Part shown: in pieces, positions 26,623 to 36,379 of the stretch | How the letters are laid out: every line of letters starts with the position of its first letter | Position numbering within the stretch: the stretch's first letter is position 1 | Virus record (IMG/VR): IMGVR_UViG_3300042563_001894 | DNA from: a virus | Taxonomy: Duplodnaviria > Heunggongvirae > Uroviricota > Caudoviricetes | DNA: 64,000 bases | Strand: one strand, 5' to 3' | Made by a program: the position numbers and the translations under genes | The notes under the pieces: generated by a model | Seen by the model: the letters and a program-made list of their open reading frames with translations, nothing else | Told to the model about the DNA's origin: nothing | Databases searched by the model: none

Positions 26623-27543
26623 ATGGAAGATTTTTATCAAATATTAGGTGTTAACCAAAATGCCACACAGGACGAAATAAAGAAGGCTTATAGGAAGTTA
26701 GCTGTAGAACATCACCCGGATAAAGGTGGTGATGAAAATAAGTTTAAAAAGATTTCAGAGGCGTATGATACGATAGGCGACGAAAATAAACGAAGTCAAT
26801 ACGATAACCAAAAAAGAAACCCCTTTGCTAATATGGGTGGTGGTGGTGGAGGAGGATTTAATCCGTTTGAGGAGATGTTTAACCAAATGCACACTCAAAG
26901 AAAACGTGCTGTCCCGGATAAGATAATTGAGGTGGTTGTTAATGCTGTTGAATCTTTCTTGGGAGGTGAAAAAAACATTACATATGAGCGAAACCATAAT
27001 TGTGGTGGGTGTAATGGAACAGGTGGTGAAAAAATAACTTGTTCTACTTGTAATGGACAAGGAATGATTACTCAACAAATTGGAACCGGATTATTTACAC
27101 AAATAATTAGAACACATTGTGGTAGTTGTAGTGGTAGAGGTTTTACATATAGAACAACTTGTGGTACTTGTCACGGAACCACAACAACATCCTCAAAGGA
27201 AACCATATCAATTAAATTACCACACGGAATTGATGAGGGTCAATTTTTAAGAGTTCAAGGTAAAGGAGATTTTAGAGATGGGATGTACGGTAATTTAGTA
27301 ATTAAAGTTAACATTATCCCGGAAAATAATTTTGAAAAATCAATGGAGGATTTAATCTATAATGCTTATTTTGATTTAAATACTATTAAATTAGGTAGTG
27401 TTAAAGTTCCCCATCCTTTAGGGGACATTTCAATTAAACTACCACAGGAGTTTGACACGTCAAAACCATTACGAGTTAAAGGTAAAGGATATCACGGTAG
27501 AGGTGATTTATATATAAAACTATTTGTTAAGTTTAAAAGATAA
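26623..27543 (+). CDS. dnaJ: Full-length DnaJ (Hsp40) co-chaperone
   Basis: J-domain DFYQILGV...HHPDKGG (HPD motif). Gly-rich linker GGGGGGGFNPF. Four CxxCxGxG zinc-finger repeats (CGGCNGTG, CSTCNGQG, CGSCSGRG, CGTCHGT). C-terminal client-binding domains. Confidence 0.9.
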   Translation: MEDFYQILGVNQNATQDEIKKAYRKLAVEHHPDKGGDENKFKKISEAYDTIGDENKRSQYDNQKRNPFANMGGGGGGGFNPFEEMFNQMHTQRKRAVPDKIIEVVVNAVESFLGGEKNITYERNHNCGGCNGTGGEKITCSTCNGQGMITQQIGTGLFTQIIRTHCGSCSGRGFTYRTTCGTCHGTTTTSSKETISIKLPHGIDEGQFLRVQGKGDFRDGMYGNLVIKVNIIPENNFEKSMEDLIYNAYFDLNTIKLGSVKVPHPLGDISIKLPQEFDTSKPLRVKGKGYHGRGDLYIKLFVKFKR

Positions 27544-27565
27544 CCCCTATAAAGGGGTTTTTTTA
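27544..27565. terminator. Bidirectional hairpin CCCCT-ataa-AGGGG followed by T7
   Basis: Lies between the convergent dnaJ (+) and the 27563..27778 (-) gene. Confidence 0.7.
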
Positions 27566-27778
27566 TGGGATATATTGAAGTAATTCTTGGATTATTTTTA
27601 TTGTTCCGTATATCGCGGAGAACAATATGTAAAATGATGCTGATAACATAATCCACTGCCCTTTAGTTAAACCTCTTTGTTTACAGGTTTTACATTCCTC
27701 TTCAGGTTGTTCAGGTTGTTCAGGTGTAACATCTATGATGTCTCTTTCTTCAATAATTTGTCCTTCAACTGTTTCCAT
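27563..27778 (-). CDS. Small tail-anchored membrane protein with an acidic PEQPEQPEE N-terminus and a CxxC pair
   Basis: 71 aa. C-terminal TM ILFSAIYGTIKII. A TATATTTG -7 box lies upstream on the minus strand at 27800..27807. Confidence 0.45.
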   Translation of the reverse strand: METVEGQIIEERDIIDVTPEQPEQPEEECKTCKQRGLTKGQWIMLSASFYILFSAIYGTIKIIQELLQYIP

Positions 27779-27877
27779 AGTAATAATATTAATTTAAAAC
27801 AAATATAGTAAAAATTTTTTAAAAGAGAAACTTGCTTTTTCACTTTTTATTTCTTATACTTTAAAAAAAGAAAAATT

Positions 27878-28726
27878 ATGGCATTATCATACATCGGGGG
27901 TAAATCAAAGATAGGTAAATGGATTGTTCCGTTTATACCTCAAGACATTGAAACATACGTGGAACCATTTTCAGGTATGTTTTGGGTATTCTTTAATATG
28001 GACTTATCCAAATACCCAAATCTAAAAGAAGTTGTCTACAATGACTTCAATCCACTTAACTACAATTTATTTCAGTGTCTTCAGAATCCTGAGAGATTAT
28101 TGGAAGTTGTTAACTCAATTCCTTGTCAACAAAGAAATGAGTTTCCGACACCGGACATCTATAAAGAACAATTTATCAGGTTTCAGGCTGAAATATTTGA
28201 AACCAATTTCAGCGTACAGGCTTACGATTATGTAGTTGCGGCTAAATACGCTTATGTGTTGGCTCAGGTATTCTCGGGCTCTAAACCTGAAACAAGTTCG
28301 TTTATTGACTTGAAAGGGAAATACAAATCAAAGTATCTAACATTCAGAGATAAGTTATCTAAACCTGATTGGGTGGAACATTTCTTAAAAATTACTAAGG
28401 TTGAGAATATGGACTTTGAAGAGGTTATTCAAAAGTATGATAACCCATCTACATATGTTTATGCTGACCCACCATATTGGAAAACAGAGAACTATTATAA
28501 CAACCACGACTTTGATAGTGCTGACCACGAGAGACTTGCAGATTGTTTAAAAGGTATTCAAGGGAAGTTCTCTTTATCTTACTATGATTTTCCTCAGTTA
28601 CATACTTGGTTCCCTCAGACTCAATATGTGTGGGAAAAGAAAGAATTTGCTAAGGCGGCTGCGGCTAAGAAAGGTAAGACTCAAAATATGGGGGAAGAAC
28701 TTCTTATTATGAATTACCGAAAATAG
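27878..28726 (+). CDS. Dam-like (D12 class) N6-adenine DNA methyltransferase
   Basis: N-terminal YIGGKSKIGKWI and EPFSGMFWVFFN (SAM-binding) motifs; catalytic YADPPYW. Confidence 0.8.
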   Translation: MALSYIGGKSKIGKWIVPFIPQDIETYVEPFSGMFWVFFNMDLSKYPNLKEVVYNDFNPLNYNLFQCLQNPERLLEVVNSIPCQQRNEFPTPDIYKEQFIRFQAEIFETNFSVQAYDYVVAAKYAYVLAQVFSGSKPETSSFIDLKGKYKSKYLTFRDKLSKPDWVEHFLKITKVENMDFEEVIQKYDNPSTYVYADPPYWKTENYYNNHDFDSADHERLADCLKGIQGKFSLSYYDFPQLHTWFPQTQYVWEKKEFAKAAAAKKGKTQNMGEELLIMNYRK

Positions 28727-28830
28727 TTTGGATAATTAAAAATATGTCTTATCTTTGTCCCGTTGAATAAAGAAAATAACGTTTGTTAGATTATTTACAA
28801 AAAACAAATATTTATAATAAAAACAATTAA

Positions 28831-30228
28831 ATGAAGATTATCCAAGTACTTTCAAATTTAATAACTGAAGACGCTCGTTTTCAGGTATTTTATAATAAAT
28901 ATATACTACCTAGTGGTGATAGAAAAAAAGGATTACTTCCTTTTGAAATTGTTAAGCAAATAGTTTTTGCTGACCCAACAACAAGAGTTCCGGTTAACTA
29001 TGACAAAAATGGTGCGTCCGTTGAAGATATGTTAAGTAATCAAATTAAGGTTGGGAAATATAGTCAATGGATGTTAAATATGTTTATTAAACCACATTTA
29101 ACTAATGACAATAATGATGTTATAGAAGTTAATACTGACGAATATAAATCAAAGGCAAATCAATATAGAAAACTTTTTTTAGAAGATTTACATTACTTTA
29201 CTGAATTACTAACAAAATTTGAAAGATTCAAAGGTAGTTTAGTAGATGCGTCTAAGAAAGATATTAATAATGTTAAATCTATTAACGAATTATCTCAATT
29301 ACAAGTTGAGTATGGTGATACAACAGTTGATTTGGCTGTGTATCGTGGTAAAAAAGTTAAAAACGAAAAAGGTGCTGACGTTAAAACAAACTTTAATTTT
29401 CCCGGTGCGGAAATATTAAAGGTTGGTTCAGAATATACCTTGATTAGAATTTCTGATAAAGGTGACTTAGGTTCTAAGGCGGCTTCTTATTTTGGAGGTT
29501 ACGAAGGAGGATTAGCAAGAGGTGAGTCTAATTGGTGTACGGCAGCAACAGGTTCTGACCACTCACATAGATATAGACAAAAAGGTCCATTATATATTAT
29601 TATGGCTAATGACGATAAAGGTAAAGTAGGTGAGGTAACAGGATTACCTACAGAAAGATATCAACTTCACTTTCCAGCACCGAGTCAATTTAAATCTCGT
29701 GACCAATATTCTGCTGAGGGTAATGTCCCAATTGTTGAATTTTTAAATGGTAAATGGAGTGAATTTAAAGAAATATTGAAACCTGAATTTGCTAAAGGGT
29801 TTGTTACACCAAATAGTGAAAACGTTAACATTAGATATCCATCTGATGAAACAGGTAGATTTGTTGCGTTATATGGGTTTGAAGAATTATTTGAGGCGTT
29901 ACCGGACACGATTAAAAAATTAAATATTGTTAACACTTCAAATGAAAACATTAGTGTAGCACTTCCTAAGTCAATTGTTAGGTTTAAATCGTTAGTGGCG
30001 GTGATGTTTCAGAATATGATTAGTTCAATTCCTGATAACATCTGTGAGTTGAAGAACTTGACGTTATTGGCTTTCCCTGATAATAAAGAATTAAAATCAG
30101 TTCCGGATTGTATACTGTCATTAAAAAACTTTACATTTTTAAATGTAAACGGATGTCCTAATGTTCAAGTACCAAAAGAATTGGAAAAATATAATGAAGG
30201 TAATGGTTATTACCATATGGAAGAATAG
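28831..30228 (+). CDS. Paralog A of a tandem pair: unknown N-terminal domain plus C-terminal leucine-rich repeats
   Basis: 465 aa. About 70 percent identical to the downstream paralog. C-terminus has four LP(D/K)xIxxLKxLxxLxxxxN-type repeats (IPDNICELKNLTLLAFPDNKELKSVPDCILSLKNFTFLNVNGCP). Confidence 0.6.
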   Translation: MKIIQVLSNLITEDARFQVFYNKYILPSGDRKKGLLPFEIVKQIVFADPTTRVPVNYDKNGASVEDMLSNQIKVGKYSQWMLNMFIKPHLTNDNNDVIEVNTDEYKSKANQYRKLFLEDLHYFTELLTKFERFKGSLVDASKKDINNVKSINELSQLQVEYGDTTVDLAVYRGKKVKNEKGADVKTNFNFPGAEILKVGSEYTLIRISDKGDLGSKAASYFGGYEGGLARGESNWCTAATGSDHSHRYRQKGPLYIIMANDDKGKVGEVTGLPTERYQLHFPAPSQFKSRDQYSAEGNVPIVEFLNGKWSEFKEILKPEFAKGFVTPNSENVNIRYPSDETGRFVALYGFEELFEALPDTIKKLNIVNTSNENISVALPKSIVRFKSLVAVMFQNMISSIPDNICELKNLTLLAFPDNKELKSVPDCILSLKNFTFLNVNGCPNVQVPKELEKYNEGNGYYHMEE

Positions 30229-30263
30229 ATAAAGAAAATATTTATAACAAAAAAACAATTAAA

Positions 30264-31655
30264 ATGAAGATTACAAAAGTATTATCGAACTTAGTTACTG
30301 AAGACGCTCGTTTTCAAATTTTATACAAAAAATATGTGTTACCTAGTGGTGATAGAAAAAAAGGTTTACTACCATTTGAGGTTGTTAAACAAATTGTTTT
30401 CGCTGACCCAACAACGAGAGTTCCTGAGAACTACGATAAGGAAGGTGCGTCTATTGAGGATATGACAAGTGACAAAATTAAAGTTGGTAAATATACCCAA
30501 TGGTTGTTGAATCTATTTGTTAAACCATACATAACTAGAGAAGGTTCTAATGAACCAATTGAGGTTGGGACTGATGAGTATAAATCAAAGGCGACTGAAT
30601 ACAGACGACTTTTCTTAGAAGATTTATCTCAATTCACTGAATTATTAGTGAAATATGATAGATTTAAAGGTAGTTTAGAGGATGCCGCTAAAAAAGACAT
30701 TAACAATGTTAAATCACTTAATGATTTATCTCACTTGAAAGTTAAAGTGGGTGATGAAACGGTTGATTTAAATATGTATCGTGGTAAAAAAATTAAGAAA
30801 GAAGAAGGTGTTGCTGCTAACACAAACTTTAATATTCCCGGAGCTGAAATTTTAAAAGTTGGTTCTGAATACACACTAATTAAAATTGCTGACAAAGGTG
30901 CTTTAGGTTCTAAAGCGGCATCTTATTTCGGTGGTTATAGTGGAGGACTTGATAGAGGTGAAACTAACTGGTGTACGGCAGCAGAAAATTCAAGTTATTC
31001 AAACACTTACAGACAACAAGGTCCATTATATATCTTTATTGCTAATGATGATAAAGGTAAGGTTGGTCAAGTTACGGGGTTACCATCAGAAAGATATCAA
31101 TTCCACTTCCCATCTAACCAATTTAAATTTGCTAACCAACACGGTGGTAACATTCCGGTTGTTGAGTATTTGAATGGTAAATGGTCTGAGTTTAAAGAAA
31201 TATTCAAACCTGAGTTTGCGGCTGGATTTGTTAAACCAAATTCTGATAATGTTGAAATTAAATACCCGGACTCTGCTACAGGTAAGTTCGTGGCTTTATA
31301 CGGATTTGATGAATTATTTACATCATTACCTATAACAATTAAAAGATTGAACATTATTAACACTTCAACAGAAAGTGTTACAATTGATGTTCCTGAGTCA
31401 ATCAGTAGATTCCAATCATTAACAGCAATATTGTTTGAGAATATGATTAGTAAACTTCCAAACTCAATCTGTGAATTAAAGAACTTGGTGTTTATCGCTG
31501 TTCCGGGTAACAAAGAATTGAAAACAATTCCGGAATGTATTATGAATTTACCAAACCTTACATTTGTGAATGTAAGTAGATGTCCTAATGTTCAAGTGCC
31601 AAAAGCGTTAGAACAATACAATACGGGTGAAGGTTTCTACCATATGGAAGAATAA
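30264..31655 (+). CDS. Paralog B of the tandem pair with C-terminal LRRs
   Basis: 463 aa with the same architecture. Preceded by the same A/T motif and leader as paralog A. Confidence 0.6.
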   Translation: MKITKVLSNLVTEDARFQILYKKYVLPSGDRKKGLLPFEVVKQIVFADPTTRVPENYDKEGASIEDMTSDKIKVGKYTQWLLNLFVKPYITREGSNEPIEVGTDEYKSKATEYRRLFLEDLSQFTELLVKYDRFKGSLEDAAKKDINNVKSLNDLSHLKVKVGDETVDLNMYRGKKIKKEEGVAANTNFNIPGAEILKVGSEYTLIKIADKGALGSKAASYFGGYSGGLDRGETNWCTAAENSSYSNTYRQQGPLYIFIANDDKGKVGQVTGLPSERYQFHFPSNQFKFANQHGGNIPVVEYLNGKWSEFKEIFKPEFAAGFVKPNSDNVEIKYPDSATGKFVALYGFDELFTSLPITIKRLNIINTSTESVTIDVPESISRFQSLTAILFENMISKLPNSICELKNLVFIAVPGNKELKTIPECIMNLPNLTFVNVSRCPNVQVPKALEQYNTGEGFYHMEE

Positions 31656-31673
31656 TTTAAAAAAAATACTACT

Positions 31674-31964
31674 ATGAAAAATGTTGACGTTGAAATCTAC
31701 ATTAATCAATTTATAACTTTCTTTAATAACAACCCCAATGACTTACTTGAGTTAATTGGGGATGTTTTGAAGGACGACTTCTACGACAGAGTTAAACAAC
31801 AATCTTTGGATAATGTTAATAACGGTGAGGATGTTTCCTTAACCCAAAAACAAATTATATCTATTGTTGTGGCTCTTAAACAATCTCAAAATGATGAGGT
31901 TGATATGGATAAGATTAAGTCCATAATTTATCACACACAATTCGGACATTTTTCCCTTAATTAA
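31674..31964 (+). CDS. Hypothetical protein
   Basis: 96-aa ORF. Confidence 0.45.
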   Translation: MKNVDVEIYINQFITFFNNNPNDLLELIGDVLKDDFYDRVKQQSLDNVNNGEDVSLTQKQIISIVVALKQSQNDEVDMDKIKSIIYHTQFGHFSLN

Positions 31965-31993
31965 TTTGTATATTCAAATTTAATATCTTACTT

Positions 31994-33775
31994 TTGTGGT
32001 TCAAAATAAACCTGATGAAAGAAGAATTATTTAATTATACCGTAAAGAAATATCAAGTATCGGAATACTTGGATACCAATCCTATTCGACCTCTTAAAAA
32101 AGAGGTTCAGGATGATTTTTGGGGGGTAATTGAAACTACTATGAGTTCAACTAAAAACTCAAGTTATACGCCTTGGGGTGACTTTACTTTTAAGGAGGAT
32201 TATGATACAGAAGAAAAATTTGTAGAACATTACGGGAACCCACTTACTTCATTATATTTGAATAGGGTGATTATCTGTGTGACTAAAGAGAATGATAAAG
32301 TTTCCTTTAAGATATTCAATTACAGTAAAACAAGACGTGTTGCGGGTAAATGGTTTAAATTAAGAACTAATTGTAGGTTCATTACTTTTAACTATAAAAC
32401 AAATGCGTTATATACCGGTTCATTAGATAATTACCATTTGAAGAGAAAATGTCGTAAAAATATTAGAAGAGTCCTTTTTAATAATGACCCTATCAATAAT
32501 ATGAGACGATATTTGAGAGAGTCATTCAACTCAATAGTTGATAAAGATAAAGTTGATATCCCAACAATAGTTAATCAGGTTATCTCAACCTTTGTTAACG
32601 CCATTCCCGGAACTGAACTATACTCTGATTTACTTCCTGAACAAAGAATCTATAAAAGATATTTGGACGTTCAAGGAATTAAAGTCCCAAACAATTGGTT
32701 TGAGCTTATGAATGTTTATCCCCAACCAAAGAAGAAAGATTTGGTGAAGTGTGAGTATAAGTATATTGATGCTCTAATGAGGGTTCATAATTTAAAGGGG
32801 GATAAAGTTAAAAGGGTATTACATAACGTTAAATCATTTGAGGGTGTAAATAATTTAACCAATGCTTGTTCAATATTTGGAGATAAGTTTATTTTAAATC
32901 AACCGGACGAGTTTGTTCAATTGTTACTGGAGAAGTCTCAACCCGGATTTCATAATAATATTGGAAAAGGATTGTTAACCAAAAAAGAATTCTCTAATTT
33001 CTTTGAAATATATAAATTATTTCAAAAAGGATTAGTTAATAATAATGTGATTGAAGACCACTTTAGATTTTATCGTTTATTGGACGAAATGGAACCGGTT
33101 AAATGGACTTCAAGGACTCACGATGAGTTTGTTCAAGAACATTATGATTGGTCGGAAAAATATAACCATTACACAAACGGAGATTTCAATAGAATTTACA
33201 ACCGAGGGTTTGTAGATAAAATAAATGAGGTTATCTTAACCAAAGATGGTCCATATTTCCCGGAGGTGTTAACAACATCCAAACGATATAACAACGAGTC
33301 GTTCTTCCAAAACAATTGTGTTAAGACATATGTTAAACGTGTGGGTTCTGTGTTGATATCACTAAGACGTGGTGAGGGAGAAACTGAAGAAAGAGCGTCA
33401 ATTGAAATTGAAGTAACTCCGCTTGTGTGGCTGGATGAAATGTATTTTAATTTAAGACGAGTTCAAACCTTGGGAAAACGTAACAGTAGGTTAGATAATA
33501 GTTGGGATGATGTTTTGGGTAAATTAGATGATAGAATTGAATATATTGTTCGTGAGAAATTGTTTGATACATTACAGATTGATGGTGAATTTGGGGGGAG
33601 AAAAGTGTTTTCTGATTATAAAATTGGGGAATATAGTAGAGACAATTATGGTACTTTTCCAAATATAACAAAAGGGGTTCAATTAGAATGGGAAAACGAT
33701 TCAATTATGAAATTAAATTCGTATAATTATAACATTGTTCCCGTCTTTAATGACCCGGACGCATTAGATTTTTAA
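31994..33775 (+). CDS. Large hypothetical protein (593 aa)
   Basis: Long ORF with no motif recognised by eye. Sits upstream of the thioredoxin/glutaredoxin pair. Confidence 0.5.
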   Translation: MWFKINLMKEELFNYTVKKYQVSEYLDTNPIRPLKKEVQDDFWGVIETTMSSTKNSSYTPWGDFTFKEDYDTEEKFVEHYGNPLTSLYLNRVIICVTKENDKVSFKIFNYSKTRRVAGKWFKLRTNCRFITFNYKTNALYTGSLDNYHLKRKCRKNIRRVLFNNDPINNMRRYLRESFNSIVDKDKVDIPTIVNQVISTFVNAIPGTELYSDLLPEQRIYKRYLDVQGIKVPNNWFELMNVYPQPKKKDLVKCEYKYIDALMRVHNLKGDKVKRVLHNVKSFEGVNNLTNACSIFGDKFILNQPDEFVQLLLEKSQPGFHNNIGKGLLTKKEFSNFFEIYKLFQKGLVNNNVIEDHFRFYRLLDEMEPVKWTSRTHDEFVQEHYDWSEKYNHYTNGDFNRIYNRGFVDKINEVILTKDGPYFPEVLTTSKRYNNESFFQNNCVKTYVKRVGSVLISLRRGEGETEERASIEIEVTPLVWLDEMYFNLRRVQTLGKRNSRLDNSWDDVLGKLDDRIEYIVREKLFDTLQIDGEFGGRKVFSDYKIGEYSRDNYGTFPNITKGVQLEWENDSIMKLNSYNYNIVPVFNDPDALDF

Positions 33776-33776
33776 A

Positions 33777-34100
33777 ATGAAAGAAATACCTCAAAATTGT
33801 ATAGATACGTTTAAATCTAGGTTCTTAACACAACCAAGTATTATTGAAGTGTATCCAAACCTGTCTAATGAAGACACGGACAAATTATTAAATAAATCAC
33901 TTTTATTATGGTTTGATTATTTTGTAAATAACGAACACGACATAGTTTATAAAGATAGATTATACGAATATGATGCTACGGGAATTTTAATTTTACGGAA
34001 GTCACAAACTAAGATATTTATTTTAACAAGAGTGGATAAACAAAACGTAGTAGAGTATTTGTTACTACAACTAAAACGATTAACAACAAAAAAAGATTAA
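33777..34100 (+). CDS. Hypothetical protein
   Basis: 107-aa ORF starting 1 nt after the upstream stop. Confidence 0.45.
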   Translation: MKEIPQNCIDTFKSRFLTQPSIIEVYPNLSNEDTDKLLNKSLLLWFDYFVNNEHDIVYKDRLYEYDATGILILRKSQTKIFILTRVDKQNVVEYLLLQLKRLTTKKD

Positions 34101-34102
34101 GA

Positions 34103-34426
34103 ATGGAAATTACACAAGAATTATTACAGGAAAAAATTAACAATGGTGAAAAATTAGTGGTTGACTTTTGGGCTCCGTGGTGTGGACCTTGTAAAGTTAT
34201 GAAACCCGCATTTGAAAAAGTTTCCGAACATTACAGAAATGAAAATTCGGAAGTTCAGTTATTCACATTGAATGTTGAGGAAAACAAAGAATTTGCGGCT
34301 AAATTAGGTATTAGAGCAATCCCAACAGTTAAAACATTTTCTGAAGGTAAAGAAGTTTATTCTCAACCGGGAATGCAAATGGAAGGACAAATTAAACAAT
34401 TGGTGACTAACCTAATCAATGGATAA
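34103..34426 (+). CDS. trxA: Thioredoxin
   Basis: VVDFWAPWCGPCKVMKP active site (WCGPC); 107 aa. Confidence 0.9.
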   Translation: MEITQELLQEKINNGEKLVVDFWAPWCGPCKVMKPAFEKVSEHYRNENSEVQLFTLNVEENKEFAAKLGIRAIPTVKTFSEGKEVYSQPGMQMEGQIKQLVTNLING

Positions 34427-34706
34427 GTTACTAATTCTTTTCACAATGGAAGGTTGTCCTTATTGTGATATGATGAAGGAACAACTAACGAAATCAAATA
34501 TCCCATTTGAGGTTAGAGATATCGATGAACACAATGATGAATATGAGATGTTTGTTGAGATTACGGAAAATGAATTTGTTCCCGCATTTATGATTGTTGA
34601 ATCACCTCTAACAGATAACCACAAGAGTTATCTGTTTGCTCCGGAAAGAGATTACAACGAGATTGAAGAAGGTGTTGCAATCATTAAAGAACATTTTGGA
34701 AAATAA
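34419..34706 (+). CDS. Glutaredoxin/NrdH-like redoxin
   Basis: CPYC active site near the N-terminus (EGCPYCDMMK); 95 aa; overlaps the trx stop by 8 nt. Confidence 0.8.
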   Translation: MDKLLILFTMEGCPYCDMMKEQLTKSNIPFEVRDIDEHNDEYEMFVEITENEFVPAFMIVESPLTDNHKSYLFAPERDYNEIEEGVAIIKEHFGK

Positions 34707-34709
34707 AGA

Positions 34710-34735
34710 ATCCCCTTGATTGGGGGTTTTTTATT
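34710..34735 (+). terminator. Rho-independent terminator CCCCT-tgatt-GGGGG plus T-run
   Basis: Hairpin followed by TTTTTTATTT directly after the glutaredoxin stop. Confidence 0.65.
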
Positions 34736-34753
34736 TATGGGATATTTATTATT

Positions 34754-35185
34754 ATGAAAATAGTAATTAAAGAATCTCAGTATAACTTTTTGGTTGAACA
34801 AACTACACCATCAACAACACCGGTTCCATTAAGTAGAGAAGAACAAATTAAGTTAAATAAAGAAAAACTTGAACTTAAAAAGAAAGCTGCTGAGGAATTA
34901 AAACTTAAAACCATTCAAAAAAAGGATTCAATTGCAAAGGCTTGGGATGAAAAAAGAGCTCCTGAATTAAAGAAAGCTGAAGAATTACATAAAAAATATC
35001 TTGATGCTTGGTTAGCTGCTAATCCGGGTAAAACGGAAAAAGATTATAGTAAGTATTTGGAGAAACAAAAAAAATTACCTGATTCACCATCCTATGAAAC
35101 TCAAGACCCATCATTCAAATCAACAAAATGTGGTGTTTCAAAAGCGGCGGCAAAACAATCTAAAAGTGATTGGTCTAAAAAATAA
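34754..35185 (+). CDS. Hypothetical Lys-rich protein
   Basis: 143 aa, K/E-rich coiled-coil-like. Confidence 0.5.
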   Translation: MKIVIKESQYNFLVEQTTPSTTPVPLSREEQIKLNKEKLELKKKAAEELKLKTIQKKDSIAKAWDEKRAPELKKAEELHKKYLDAWLAANPGKTEKDYSKYLEKQKKLPDSPSYETQDPSFKSTKCGVSKAAAKQSKSDWSKK

Positions 35186-35215
35186 AAAATCCCCAAGTTA
35201 GGGGATTTTATTTTT
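35183..35215. terminator. Bidirectional terminator ATCCCC-aagtta-GGGGAT flanked by an A-run and a T-run
   Basis: Lies between the convergent 34754..35185 (+) and 35214..36032 (-) genes. Confidence 0.75.
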
Positions 35216-36032
35216 AAAATAATATTAGGTCTTTAATTTTATCTCTAATTAACCAAGGTTTATTATCAAATGGTTTTGTTATGTCTTCCATAATATCATA
35301 ATCTTTTATCATATCATTGAATACCAACATATCAAAATCAAACACGTCCAATGTCATTGAGATAATATCTTTTTTAGGAAACACCGTGTTAGCATTAATG
35401 TCTATTTGATTATCGTCGTCCACTTTAATGGACGAATATTTGAAAGTTAACTTATCTGTTAACAGAACATCTAATAACTGATTAGAGATGTATTCTGAGT
35501 AGTATAACTCTTGTCTTCCCATACCTAAACTATATCCGTGTGGAAACTCTGATGAGATATTCAACGGAGCATAAGTATAATATTCCAAATTGGTAGTGTC
35601 GTCTTCAGAATAATCTAATTCATATTCCAATCTTCTATTATAAAAAACTGAATTAAATTTAGGTTGAGGATTTTCAACAATATCTAAAATAAGATTACGG
35701 TGATATAACGGTCTTGATGAATGATAAAAATCAAACGTGTATTCTGTTTTTTTAGTTAAGTCTCGATTATACATAATTAAATCAATAATGTTAACCGTCT
35801 CATAACCAAATTTAGTCATTAAAGATTTATAGGTTTCAACAAATGACTCTCTTACTTTAATTATATCTAAAATTTTATCTGATGTTGTCATACCGTTAAC
35901 AACAAAGAATTTACCACAATCAGTAACTTCAATTACGGAGTCATAATTAATTGTTTTATTTATCTCTTTTATTAAAAAGTCTGCGAATAGGTTTACTATA
36001 CCCCGGTTTGAATTTTCATTAATATATTTCAT
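35214..36032 (-). CDS. Hypothetical protein (opposite strand)
   Basis: 272-aa ORF. Confidence 0.5.
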   Translation of the reverse strand: MKYINENSNRGIVNLFADFLIKEINKTINYDSVIEVTDCGKFFVVNGMTTSDKILDIIKVRESFVETYKSLMTKFGYETVNIIDLIMYNRDLTKKTEYTFDFYHSSRPLYHRNLILDIVENPQPKFNSVFYNRRLEYELDYSEDDTTNLEYYTYAPLNISSEFPHGYSLGMGRQELYYSEYISNQLLDVLLTDKLTFKYSSIKVDDDNQIDINANTVFPKKDIISMTLDVFDFDMLVFNDMIKDYDIMEDITKPFDNKPWLIRDKIKDLILF

Positions 36033-36083
36033 ATTTTTAAGTTATACGAAATGATATAGAAATTAATTCTAATTATAAATAAA

Positions 36084-36118
36084 AAAAGGGAACTAAATTG
36101 TCCCCTGTAATTTTTTTC
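36084..36118 (-). terminator. Candidate terminator for the minus-strand gene 36137..36337
   Basis: The minus strand reads GGGGACAATTTAGTTCCC followed by TTTTTTT. Confidence 0.5.
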
Positions 36119-36136
36119 ACCCCTAACGTTTAGTTA

Positions 36137-36337
36137 CTACCTCTTGTAATATTTCTCAACAACTTTACGAATTGATTCTTGGATAGGTTGAGTCTGTGGT
36201 TGACTTTGACCCGCAGGAGTATTCGTTTGTTGAGCTGGTGGTGGTGGAGGAGTTTGATTTCCTTGGTTTTTACATCCGCATCCCATGATAATATATGTAT
36301 TAAAGTTTATATATCCATAAATATCAATAATAATCAT
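36137..36337 (-). CDS. Small Pro/Gln-rich low-complexity protein
   Basis: 66 aa; contains MGCGCKNQGNQTPPPPPAQQTNTPAGQSQPQTQP. The start may be the internal Met. Confidence 0.35.
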   Translation of the reverse strand: MIIIDIYGYINFNTYIIMGCGCKNQGNQTPPPPPAQQTNTPAGQSQPQTQPIQESIRKVVEKYYKR

Positions 36338-36379
36338 AATAAGTAAATAAATTTTGTATCTTCGTGGATATTTATTACT

